A stretch of 22,442 bases of DNA from Scyliorhinus canicula (Eukaryota): assembly GCF_902713615.1 (NCBI RefSeq). It is one part of the record NW_024055453.1 of this genome. One strand, given 5' to 3'. Of the stretch, positions 1 to 9,590 are shown piece by piece. Position 1 is the first letter of the stretch; every line of letters begins with the position of its first letter. Under the pieces are notes generated by a model that saw only the letters and a list, made by a program, of their open reading frames with translations, was not told the origin of the DNA and did not search any database. The position numbers were made by a program, and so were the translations under genes.

Positions 1-1450
1 GTGAATGAGGATGGGTGAGGGTTGGTGAGTGAGGGTGAGTTGGAGTGATTGAGTGAAGGTGGGTGAGGGTTGGTGAGTGAAGGTGAGCGAGTGAGAGTGG
101 GGTGGTTGAGTGTGGGTGAATGAGTGTGAGAGAGTGTGGGTGAGAGTGGGCGAGTGAGTGACAGTGAATGAGGGTGGGTGATTGTTGGTGAGCGAGGGTG
201 AGTGGGGGTGAGTGAGTAAGTGTGAGTGGGCTGGTTGAATGTGTGTAAGTGTGAGTGAGTGTGAGTGAGGGTGGGTGAGTGAGTGTGAGTGAGTGAGGCT
301 GGGTGAGGGTTGGTGAGTGAGGGTGGGTGAGTGAGTGTGAGTGAGTGATGGTGGGTGAGGGTTGGTGAGTGAGGGTGAGTGAGTTTAAGTGGGGTGATTG
401 AGTGTGGGTGTGTGAGGCTGGGTGAGGGTTGGTTAGTGAGGGTGGGTGAGTGAGGCTGGGTGAGGGTTGGTTAGTGAGGGTGGGTGAGTGAGGCTGGGTG
501 AGGGTTGGTGAGTGACGCTGGGTGAGGGTTGGTTAGTGAGGGTGGGTGAGTGCGGCTGGGTGAGGGTTGGTTAGTGAGGGTGGGTGAGTGAGGCTGGGTG
601 AGGGTCGTTTAGTGAGGGTGGGTGAGTGAGGCTGGGTGAGGGTTGGTTAGTGAGGGTGGGTGAGTGAGGCTGGGTGAGGGTTGGTTAGTGAGGGTAGGTG
701 AGTGAGGCTGGGTGAGGGTTGGTTAGTGAGGGTGGGTGAGTGAGGCTGGGTGAGGGTGGGTGAGTGAGGGTGGGTGAGTGAGGCAGGGTGAGGGTTGGTT
801 AGTGAGGGAGGATGAGTGAGGCTGGGTGAGGGTTGGTTAGTGAGGGTGGGTGAGTGAGGCTGGGTAGGGGTTGGTTAGTGAGGGTGGGTGAGTGAGGCTG
901 GGTGAGGGTTGGTGAGTGAGGGTGAGGAAGTGAATGTGGATGACAAGGTGGGTGAGGGAGAGTGAGTTAGTTCGGATGGATTACTGTGAGTGAGTGAGGG
1001 TAAGGGAATGAGGGTTGGTGATTGACGATGTGCATAGTTGAGTGTGGGTGTGTGAATGAATGTGGGTTAGTGGGTATGGATGCATGAGGGTGATGATTGA
1101 TGGAGGGATTGTGACTTAGTGCCGGTAAATGAGTATGGGTTAATCAGTCAGTGCGTATGAGTGACTGTGAGTGAGTGTGAACAGGGGTGAGTGAGTGTGA
1201 GTGATGGTGAGTGAGTGTGAGTGACAGTGAGTGAGTGTGAGTGAGTGAGAGTGACGGTGAGTGAGCATGAGTGAGTGTGAGTGACAGTGAGTGAGTGTGA
1301 GTGAGTGTGGGTGAGTGTGAGTGACGGTGGGTGAGTGTGAGTGACGGTGGGTGAGTGTGAGTGAGTGTGCGTGAGTGTGAGTGACGGTGGGTGAGTGTGA
1401 GTGAGTGTGCGTGAGTGTGAGTGACGGTGAGTGAGTGTGGGTGAGGGTGA
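1..1450. repeat. G/T-rich low-complexity satellite block built from GTGA/GGGTGA/GTGAGT units; runs off the window start
   Basis: Almost only G, T and A. Contains a 38-bp array and a 10/20-bp-period array (about 1181-1440, e.g. gtgagtgtga gtgacggtgg). The His/Thr/Ser ORFs at 1140-1610 and 1148-1462 are its translation. Confidence 0.95.
412..925 (+). repeat. 38-bp tandem minisatellite (gaggctgggtgagggttggttagtgagggtgggtgagt), about 14 units
   Basis: Unit starts at 414, 452, 490, 514 (the 490 unit is only 24 bp), 552, 590, 628, 666, 704, 742, 780, 818, 856 and 894. A canonical unit has four GGG tracts. Confidence 0.93.
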
Positions 1451-1640
1451 ATGAGTGATCATTCAGGTACTCCGGGCCAAGCCGGGCGATGTTTCTCTGG
1501 ATGACATTCCGCTCAGGCTCAGCTTTCTCTTGTCTGTTGTCCACAGCCGAGCTGGGGGCTCCTCCATTCCGCTGCACCACCCCCACCTCCTCCTCTTCCT
1601 CTCCATCCATCCTGTCCTGATTCTACACATTGATCAGCTT

Positions 1641-2091
1641 TCAGTAACACCGGCTGTGTACAGTCAGACAGCAGTGTAGATCACTGGGCAGCTGCTTTAA
1701 TACTGTCAGTAACACCGGCTGTGTACAGTCAGACAGCAGTGTAGATCACTGGGCAGCTGCTTTAATACTGTCAGTAACACCGGCTGTGTACAGTCAGACA
1801 GCAGTGTAGATCACTGGACAGCTGCTTTAATACTGTCAGTAACACCGGCTGTGTACAGTCAGACAGCAGTGTAGATCACTGGGCAGCAGCTTTAATACAT
1901 TCAGTAACACCGGCTGTGTACAGTCAGACAGCAGTGTAGATCACTGGGCAGCTGCTTTAATACTGTCAGTAACACCGGCTGTGTACAGTCAGACAGCAGT
2001 GTAGATCACTAGGCAGCTGCTTTAATACATTCAGTAACACCGGCTGTGTACAGTCAGACAGCAGTGTAGATCACTGGACAGCTGCTTTAAT
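1641..2091 (+). repeat. 65-bp tandem minisatellite, 7 near-identical copies
   Basis: Unit tcagtaacaccggctgtgtacagtcagacagcagtgtagatcactgggcagctgctttaatactg starts at 1641, 1706, 1771, 1836, 1901, 1966 and 2031 (last copy 61 nt). Confidence 0.97.
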
Positions 2092-2713
2092 GTCGGTGTA
2101 ATTTCATTCTGTACAAAACAATTCGGAACTGGAACAATGAACCTTCCTCCAACTTAATAGATTTTCATGTTGAAAATGTCAATTTCAGGCTGAAAAATTA
2201 TTGTCATATTGTGTCAGAGAGTGTGTTTTCTTCATTCTTGTGATGCAGATGTCTCTGCCTGGGCCAGCATTTATTTCCCACCTCTCATTGCCCTTGAGAA
2301 GATGGTGGTGAGCTTCGTTCTTCAACCACTGCAGTCCATGTGGTGTTTGGGAGGCAGCTCCAGAATTGTGAATCATGGACAGTGAAGAAACAATGTGATA
2401 TTTTGAGGTCACGGTGGTGAGAGGCTTGATGGAGAAATTCCAGTTGGTGATGTTCCCATGTGTCTGCTCTCCATGTACAGATGGTAGCTGTTGTGAGATT
2501 TGAAGGTGCTGTCCAAGCAGCCATGACCAGTTCCTTCAGAGCATGTTGTAGGTGTTACACACTGCTGCCAGTGTTCCCCAGCGGTGGAGGGAGGGAGTGG
2601 TTGTCGATGGTGTGCCAATTAAGCGGGCTACTTTTGTGTCATTGGAGCTGCATTCATCCAGACAAGTGGAGAGTATTCCATCACACTCCTGAATCGTGCC
2701 TTGGAGATGGTGG

Positions 2714-2851
2714 CCGTGATATGGAGATGCCGGTGTTGGACTGGGGTGAGCAGAGTAAGAAGTCTCACTCAGGTGACTCACCTGATGAAGGAGCTGCGCT
2801 CCGAAAGCTAGGGATTCTAAACAAACCTGTCGGACTTTAACCTGGTGTTGC
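2714..2851. mobile_element. 138-bp insert in the LINE, probably a Penelope-like terminal fragment with an internal inversion
   Basis: Flanked by a 9-bp direct repeat AGATGGTGG (2705-2713 and 2852-2860); the LINE reads continuously when the insert is removed. The Penelope assignment rests on remembered similarity to a common catshark repeat and on the hammerhead-like core. Confidence 0.7.
2782..2817 (+). ncRNA. Minimal hammerhead-ribozyme-like core, probably degenerate
   Basis: CTGATGA (2782-2788), A, stem GGAGC/TGC/GCTCC (2790-2802), GAAA (2803-2806). Stem III is imperfect and stem I is not evident. Confidence 0.45.
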
Positions 2852-3459
2852 AGATGGTGGACAGGATTTGGGGCATCAGGATGTGTTTTTGTTGCAGAAT
2901 TCCGAGTCTCTGACCTGTTGTCACAGCCACACAGTGTATATGGCGAGTCCAGTTCAGTTTCTGGTCAATGGTCAGCAGGAGGTTCAGCGATGGTAATTCC
3001 ATTGAATGGCATTGGGGTGATCGTTCGATCTTCGCTTCTTTGAGATGTCCATTGCATGCACTTGTCTGGTACGAATGTCCCTTTCCCCTTGTCAGCCCAA
3101 GCCTGGATATAGTCCAGATCTTGCTGCATTTAGCAATGGACTGCTTCAGTAACTGCGGAGTCGTGAATGGTGCTGCACATCGTTCAATGATCAGCCAAAA
3201 TCCCCACTTCTGACTTTTGGAAGGTCATTGCTGAAGCAGCTAAAGATGGCGGGGCCGACACTGAGGAACCCCTGCAGTGATGTCCTGGAACTGAGATGAT
3301 TGACCTCCAAAAACCGAAACCATCTTCCTTTCCGCTCGGTATGACTCAAACCAGCGGGGAATTTCCCCCCGATTCCCATTGACTCCAGTTTTGTTTGGGC
3401 TCCTTGATGCAACACTGGTTCAAATGTTGCCTTGATGTCACGAACAGTCACTCTCTGCT

Positions 3460-5095
3460 GTCCGTGTGTTCTTTATGTGTGTCCCTGTGTGCGTGTTCCT
3501 AGGTGTTCATTGTGTATGTGTGTGTGAGCGTGTGTCCGTTCCCGTGTGTGTGTGTATCCCTCTGTATCCCTGTGTACGTGTTCCTCGGTGTTCATGTTTG
3601 TCTGTGAGTGTGTGTCTGTTCCTGTTTGTGTGCTGCTGTGTGTGTGTGTTTTCTTGATTGTGTGTATGTTGCTGTGTTGCGCCTCTGAGTGTAAGTGTTT
3701 GTGAACATATGTGTGTGTTCCTGTGTGTGTGTGAGAGAGAGAGACAGAGTACGTGTATGTATGTGAGATAGGTGTTAGAGGGAGAATAAAATAATGTGCA
3801 AGGGAGAGTTTTTGTGTGAATGTGTGTGAAGGGATGTGTGTGTGTGAGATTTTCTGTGTGAGTGAGAGAGGCAATGTGTGTGAGAGTGTGTGGAAATGGG
3901 AGATTGTGTGCGTGAGTTCGAGATAGGGTGTGTATGATTGAGTGTGTGTGAGAGATTAGAGAGCATGTGTGTGTGTACCTAACACAGAGAGAGAGAGACC
4001 ACGTGTGTCAGAGAGGCAGAATGTGGGGATGCGTTTGTGTGTTTCTGAACACGTGTGATAGAGTTTGCCAAAGAACATGTCTGTGTTTGAGTGAAAGAAA
4101 ATGTGTTTACGAGATATGTATGTACTAGTGTTTGTGTGTGAGAGAGAGAGAGAGAAATAAGTGCTTGTGTGAGTATGTGTGTGTGTGTGTATGAGAGTGT
4201 GCATGTGCGAAAGAGAGAGATTGTGTGAGAGAGACACGGGACACAGTGTGCATGAGAGAGAGCAGGTGGGAGAATGTATGTGTGTGACAGGGTGCATGTG
4301 TGTGTCTTTGGAAGTGTGTGAGAGAAAGGGAGAGTGATAGTATGTTTGAGATTGTGTGTGTGAAAGAAGGAATGATTCTGTTTGAAGAGCGATTATGGAT
4401 GTGAGACTGTGTGAGAGAGAGAGAGATCTGTGTGTCTGAGATAGTGTGTCTGTGATAGAGAGGGAGTGTGTGAGAGAAAGAATGTGCGTATGAGAGAGTG
4501 TGTGTGTCAGAGAGAGAGGGAATATGAGAGAGTGAGATACCGCATGCCTGAAAGAGAGAGATAGATTGTTTGTCAGAGAGAGAGAATGAGACAGTGTCCA
4601 CGAGAGAGAGGGCATGTGCCAGGGTGCACGTGTGAGAGTGCGTGAGAGTGAGAGGATAATAATATGTTGGCGAGTTTGTGTGCGTCTGAGATATTGTGTA
4701 TGTATCAGAGGGAATGCGTGTGAGAGAGAGCCTGAAAGAAAACATGCGGTGTTTGAAGAGCGATTATGCATGTATGTGAGGGAGAGGGTCTGTGTGTTTG
4801 AGCGTGGGTGAGAGAGAGAGAGAGGCAAGGTGTATCAGAGAGATTTGGTGAAAGAGAGTGCGTGTGCGATAGAGCGTGTGTGAGTGAGAGCGTGTGAGCG
4901 AATGTGCGTGTGAGAGAGGCAGATCGTCACAGTGTGTCTGAGAGTGAGATTGTGAGAATCATTGTGTGCGAGGCACAGTGTGTATGTTTGAAAGAAGTAT
5001 TGTGATTATGTGTGTGAGAGAATGAGTTTGTGTGAGGATGAGAGAGAATGTGTGTGAGAGAGCGAGAGTGTGTATATGTTTCTGTCGATGTATGA
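3460..5095. repeat. Compound degenerate (TG)n/(GA)n microsatellite field
   Basis: 1.6 kb of interleaved gtgtgt and gagaga runs. It produces the His/Thr/Ser/Leu ORFs at 3473-3874, 3956-4828 and 4125-4745. Confidence 0.95.
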
Positions 5096-5106
5096 GTGCA
5101 CCAAAA

Positions 5107-5320
5107 CCTGCAAATTCCCTTCCAAGACACTCACCATCCTGATTTAGGAATACACCGCCATTCCTTCACTGTCGCCGAGTCAAAATTCTGCAACTCCCTC
5201 CCTGACAATATCGCGGATATCCCTCCGCAACATGGACTGCAATTATTCAAGGATGTTTCACATCTAAACTTTCCGGGGGGACACTTCGGCATATATAATA
5301 AAATCTGGCCTTGCCAGCGC
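5107..5320 (+). mobile_element. 3'-terminal LINE fragment, same family as 2225-3456, opposite orientation
   Basis: Encodes HRHSFTVAESKFCNSLPDNIADIPPQHGLQLFK, matching the C-terminal peptide of the other copies. Confidence 0.75.
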
Positions 5321-5713
5321 CTCCAAAATCCTAGGATAGGATTAAAAATAAAATGCAAAGGGATTTCTCCGCGGCACTGACCCATTAAATAGATCAAGAA
5401 TTACAATAGCACGGAATGTAACCCAGTAAATCTCTCTCTGCGTTGCCTAATCGAAAATTCCCAAGACCAATATATCACTGCTTAAAAATCAACCAAATCT
5501 CCTTCTCCAGCCTGTCTGGCGTTGCTGAATTCTTTCTGTCACAATCTGGATGAGGAATCACCTTTCTGAGTCGCCTTGTCAAACATCAAGTAAAATTTTC
5601 ACATTTCTCACAGATACAAGTTTTATTGAAGGACTTGATCAAATTGCACTCCCTGAAATACTGGAAAATGAATCAGAAGATTTACAACCAGTCAGGAAGA
5701 TTCCAGGTCCCAG

Positions 5714-5738
5714 CACAGTGACCGCGCGCACAGAAACT
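5714..5738 (+). other. Orphan RSS-like element: consensus heptamer, 9-nt spacer, nonamer-like sequence
   Basis: CACAGTG (5714-5720), ACCGCGCGC, ACAGAAACT (5730-5738). The spacer is 3 nt short of a 12-RSS, so function is doubtful. Confidence 0.45.
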
Positions 5739-7389
5739 GAACAGACACACATGGCAACAATCGAGTTCCAGCAGATAGATCTGTTCAATCTGTCAGTTTC
5801 ATGAAACTGTTTGATTCTAATTGATCAATGGTCAACTTCCGACAACAATAATTCAGTAATTTATTTGAAATTAAACTGACATTAATTTCAATATCATATT
5901 CGACTTTTAACTATTTTTCCCTGTCTGTCTCAAATCTCGATAATTGGGCAAAAAGTAGTTTTGCTGAAAATGAGCAGATTAAATATTACAGATTCAGGGC
6001 AGATTAATGACGTAACAGAGACTCAGTGACAGGGCAATAATTAAACAAACCAGAAAATATTCACATTACCCACTGATATGATCTAAATCACAATTAAATG
6101 TAATCAGCAAAAGAATCAGAGCAAAAGAATGTAATCAGCAAAAGAGTTTAGCTGTACACAGCAGTGTAAAGAAATGTATTGTTTCCTAAATTCATTTCAG
6201 ATATTATTAAAGTTCTCTAAAACATTTGAGATATTGCCAGGATACAACTCAATTGTAGGAGATCATTTATGTTGAATTAATTCTCACTGATATTGTATTG
6301 TAAGTTATTGTTAATTGTCAGCTAATTCTTTATTCGATTATCTGAACTATAATAATAAATATAACAAAAATAGCTTTCAATAATCCCTAACTTGTTTTAC
6401 CCAGAGCTTTATGAAATAATTGGGGTTTAATTAAAACAACCTGACAATCAAACAATGTTGAGCAATAAACTCCAAATTACTAGATGGAAACATCTTAACA
6501 TTTAATTGACTGTATTCACATTTTAATTTTTTTTAACTCCAATTGCCCTATTCGACCTACAAATGTGCAAAATATGCGCCTTTCTGAACGCATTGATAAA
6601 TCATAAACTCCATCTATTCTCAGAAAGTAATGAATATAACGAGACCAGCTCAGTAATGTTTATTCAAATCATTTGTAAAACTGACACATTATGAGCAAGT
6701 AGCGTCGACAATTTGATGTTGAATTTAGCATTTAATAAAATTTAAGCCTAAAACTAAGGTATAATCATTCTTTCTTTCCTATCATCTGTTCTTCCTATAA
6801 TTCTATCGTGTGTAGAGCACAGCTATGGGAGACAGGATGTCATTATAAAATGCAACGGTACTGTTAACCTTTTGTAAATAAATAAATCGGTTTGACATTC
6901 AAGCTTTTACTTTTCAATCTCTTGCCATAGGCAATCTGAACTTTCCTATAATACAAATAAAATCATGGGAACAATTCCTTGCTTGGCAGCGACTTCCACA
7001 TCTCAGAAACCTGTTTCAGGTTAGATTAGTGATAATTCCCTCGCTATCCAACTACGCATTACAGTGAAGGTATACTATGGTTGCAGCGCCACAGAAATAA
7101 TAGAATAACTGGAATTACAAGTATTTCCAGCCTAGAAACCTGTCCGGTCATGTTAACCTCGTGCAGAACACAGCAGGATTGTAAAAGGTGATTAATGATG
7201 AATTATATTAATATAAAATAACCATTGGTTAATATGGAGTTGTATCACCGCATTGCAATTGTTTGAAATATATAAATGTTACTATGTTCGGCATGGGCGT
7301 TTCAGTCATTATTTCGTTTAATCTGGAATCTTCAGTTAAAATAACAAAATGCATCAACATATCTTTATTAGATTATTTTCTTAAACCTG

Positions 7390-8760
7390 GCTGTTTTCTC
7401 CCGACATTCGCCCTTCAAGCATTTTCAAACGCCGAGACTGTTTGCATTCAACCAGAAAACGTGTAACCGCTCAGTGTCACCGAGTTTAAACAATGCAGAA
7501 ACAATGCAGAAACGCTGAACCGTTTGACAGATCTGAATCATTTAAAGTCATCCAGATACACAATCTCCTCAACAGAACAAAACACAAAATCACATCAATG
7601 AAGGACTGAAACCCGTCTATGGAGAAGCAGCTCAATTCTACATCGAACAGGATCAAACTTAACATTGCAAGAAAATATCAATATCCAGCAAACCAGCTCG
7701 TAACCAATTGTATGAATTATTAAACTAAACAGAAATCTGGAATAACAGCAATAGCATTGCGAGGTGCTCGAATATTAACAACAAATAAATATTGAAACTT
7801 AACCATTTTATTCATACTGAGTCATTTTTCAAACACATTTAAATGCTTTTAATGTTTGCAGTTGATGGTAAAAGCTGCAACCATCAGATGCCACCGAGAT
7901 TAAACTTTCCACAAACGGCAAACTGATTGCAGCAACAACTTCTGCTCGGAAAGGATTGTCGTAGAACGTGGCTTAGTTTAATCTGCAATTTTCACTTTTT
8001 TTTCAAGATGCAGAAACAGCCTCCCTGTTCTCTGCCGACAATCCTGCGACAAGCAGTTTCCAACACGCAGACTCTGCATTCAATCACAAACCATGTAACC
8101 GCTCAGTGTCACCGAGTTGAAACAATACAGACACACCAAACCGTTTCACAAACTTTTCTACACAAAGTCACCCAAAAACATTCCTCAGCAGGAAAACACC
8201 AAATCACATCACTGAAGGAGTGAAACATCATGGAGAAGCAGCTCAATTCTACAAACACCTCCAAAAGAATCAAATGTAACATTGCAAGACAATCTCAATT
8301 TAAAATGTACCAAACCCTCATGTCATCAAATGAATGAACAGGTAAACTAAACAGAAAACTTGAATAATACCATCAGCACTTTCAGTAAGCAGAACATGTT
8401 CAATAAGATAATACAGAAACTTTAACACATTTTGTCAATGTTGGGTTCGATCTCAAACACTAGTGCGGAAGACGCTACAAGCTGCAGACATTAGATAGAA
8501 CCGATATTAAACATAGGGTAAAAACAGACGTTTTGTATTTAAAGTAACCCAGCCACACAGTATCCTCAGCAAATAAACACCAAATCACAGCAAACAGGGA
8601 CTGAATCCCTCAGCAGCATCTTTCTGTCAAGAAACCGCGGGATTCTATATCCCCCTTTCAGCAGAATCAAATGAAACATTGCAACAACATCTCAATACAT
8701 GATCCACCAAAACACATTTCAGTGAACAAATGGATTTTGAAAATGAAGAAAAATTTAAAA
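7390..8760. repeat. Degenerate tandem duplication/triplication of a ~610-630-bp unit immediately 3' of JH
   Basis: A 25-mer is identical at 7462-7486 and 8094-8118, and a 24-mer is identical at 7619-7642 and 8230-8253. A third partial copy lies at about 8560-8700 (tcctcagca..aaacaccaaatcaca; agaatcaaatg.aacattgcaa). Confidence 0.85.
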
Positions 8761-8803
8761 CAAATACAGTAACACAGTTGGTAAATAATGGAATGGTTCT
8801 TAC

Positions 8804-8851
8804 CTGCAGTCACCGTCACCATGGTGCCTTGTCCCCAGTAGTCTAGATAGT
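8804..8851 (-). CDS. IGHJ: Immunoglobulin heavy-chain joining segment, YLDYWGQGTMVTVTA
   Basis: Reads AC TAT CTA GAC TAC TGG GGA CAA GGC ACC ATG GTG ACG GTG ACT GCA G, followed by a GTAAG donor at 8803. Has the WGxG motif and a 23-RSS on its 5' side. Confidence 0.98.
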
Positions 8852-8890
8852 CACAGTGTCACATTCCCTGGGCAGCTCCGTTCAATAACC
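8852..8890 (+). other. JH 23-RSS
   Basis: CACAGTG 8852-8858, 23-nt spacer 8859-8881, nonamer TCAATAACC 8882-8890 (2 mismatches to ACAAAAACC). Confidence 0.93.
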
Positions 8891-9212
8891 GCACCTGCAC
8901 ATAATAGACATAAATCCACCATTATTTTAAATATTCACAAACCAGCGGCAAAGAGAATTCACGATTAATTTTCAGGAAATTATATTAATATTTATGGATA
9001 CCGTTCTCTCTTCATAAATGACCAAATGTTTTACATTTCACAGACATGGAAATGTTATTGAAAACACCAACTGTGACTAAATAACGACCCCCAATTTTCC
9101 ACATTAATTCTTATTATTTTGTCAGTGCTGAAAATAAATAATGCTTCACTGTGAATAAAGTTCGATTGTAAAAGCGAGCACTGAGCCAGCCTCAGTTAAT
9201 TAGTGCTGAGGG

Positions 9213-9240
9213 GCTTTTTGTATTGACAGTAACTGCTGTG
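9213..9240 (-). other. D2 3' (J-facing) 12-RSS
   Basis: Minus strand: CACAGCA (9240-9234), 12-nt spacer, ACAAAAAGC (9221-9213). Confidence 0.93.
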
Positions 9241-9250
9241 CCCCAGGTAT
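9241..9250 (-). other. IGHD: IgH diversity segment D2, ATACCTGGGG (10 nt)
   Basis: Flanked by 12/12 RSSs, as is typical of the J-proximal D of shark IgM clusters. Confidence 0.93.
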
Positions 9251-9278
9251 CACAGTGAGACACAGCGTGTCAAATACT
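9251..9278 (+). other. D2 5' (V-facing) 12-RSS
   Basis: CACAGTG 9251-9257, 12-nt spacer agacacagcgtg, divergent nonamer TCAAATACT 9270-9278. Confidence 0.88.
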
Positions 9279-9590
9279 GCGGCAGACTGTTAACTGTAAA
9301 ATACAGAGATTTAATTTCACTGTTCACTCAAAAAACTAACTCTGTCTCTTCCAAGCGTGAATGGGTGAGTTATTTCAGCTTGTCCGGGTCATTACATTTA
9401 TAAAGAGGATCAGAACACTTTTAAACCCTCTGTACAGATTTAGCGAGTCGGTGAACAGTGATAAAGTGGAAGATTTTTATACCTTTGTGCAAACTAATAT
9501 TAGTTCCAAACGTTGTTTTATTTAAAATTCATTTACATTGACAATCCTGCTGTGGCGCTGATCACCAATTTGAACAAACTCTATCACTGA

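Larger units (their letters stand above)
2225..3456 (-). mobile_element. Decayed non-LTR retrotransposon (CR1/L2-group LINE): 3' part of the RT ORF plus 3' end
   Basis: Minus-strand ORF fragments give RT-like peptides (LTIDQKLNWTRHIHCVAVTTGQRLGIL; KVARLIGTPSTT; HGLQWLKNEAHHHLLKGN). The same family recurs at 5107, 13800, 15890 and 18830. Frameshifted. Confidence 0.85.

Noticed and set aside
400-930. Possible telomeric or interstitial telomere repeat
   Set aside because: There are no tandem TTAGGG units; the resemblance is only compositional.
1140-1462. His/Thr/Ser-rich ORFs (also 3473-3874, 3956-4828, 4125-4745)
   Set aside because: They are direct translations of CA/TC-rich simple repeats, with no splice signals or domain content.
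1641-2091. CRISPR-like array
   Set aside because: Head-to-tail identical units with no unique spacers, in a vertebrate context.
2928-4980. Additional CACAGTG heptamers (2930, 4242, 4928, 4974; also 18247 in a SINE)
   Set aside because: None has a nonamer at 12 or 23 nt, and all lie inside LINE, microsatellite or SINE sequence.
5622-5627. AATAAA on the minus strand as a premature poly(A) site
   Set aside because: The hexamer is frequent in this AT-rich intron and nothing else supports it.
5550-5804. 84-aa plus-strand ORF MRNHLSESPC...
   Set aside because: No recognisable domain, and it is antisense to the locus; probably a chance ORF.
6097-6145. Short direct repeat aatgtaatcagcaaaaga, twice
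   Set aside because: A simple slippage duplication with no further structure.
8554-8581. Cryptic 12-RSS CACACAG-12-ATAAACACC
   Set aside because: The heptamer is poor after CAC, and the sequence is part of the triplicated unit.
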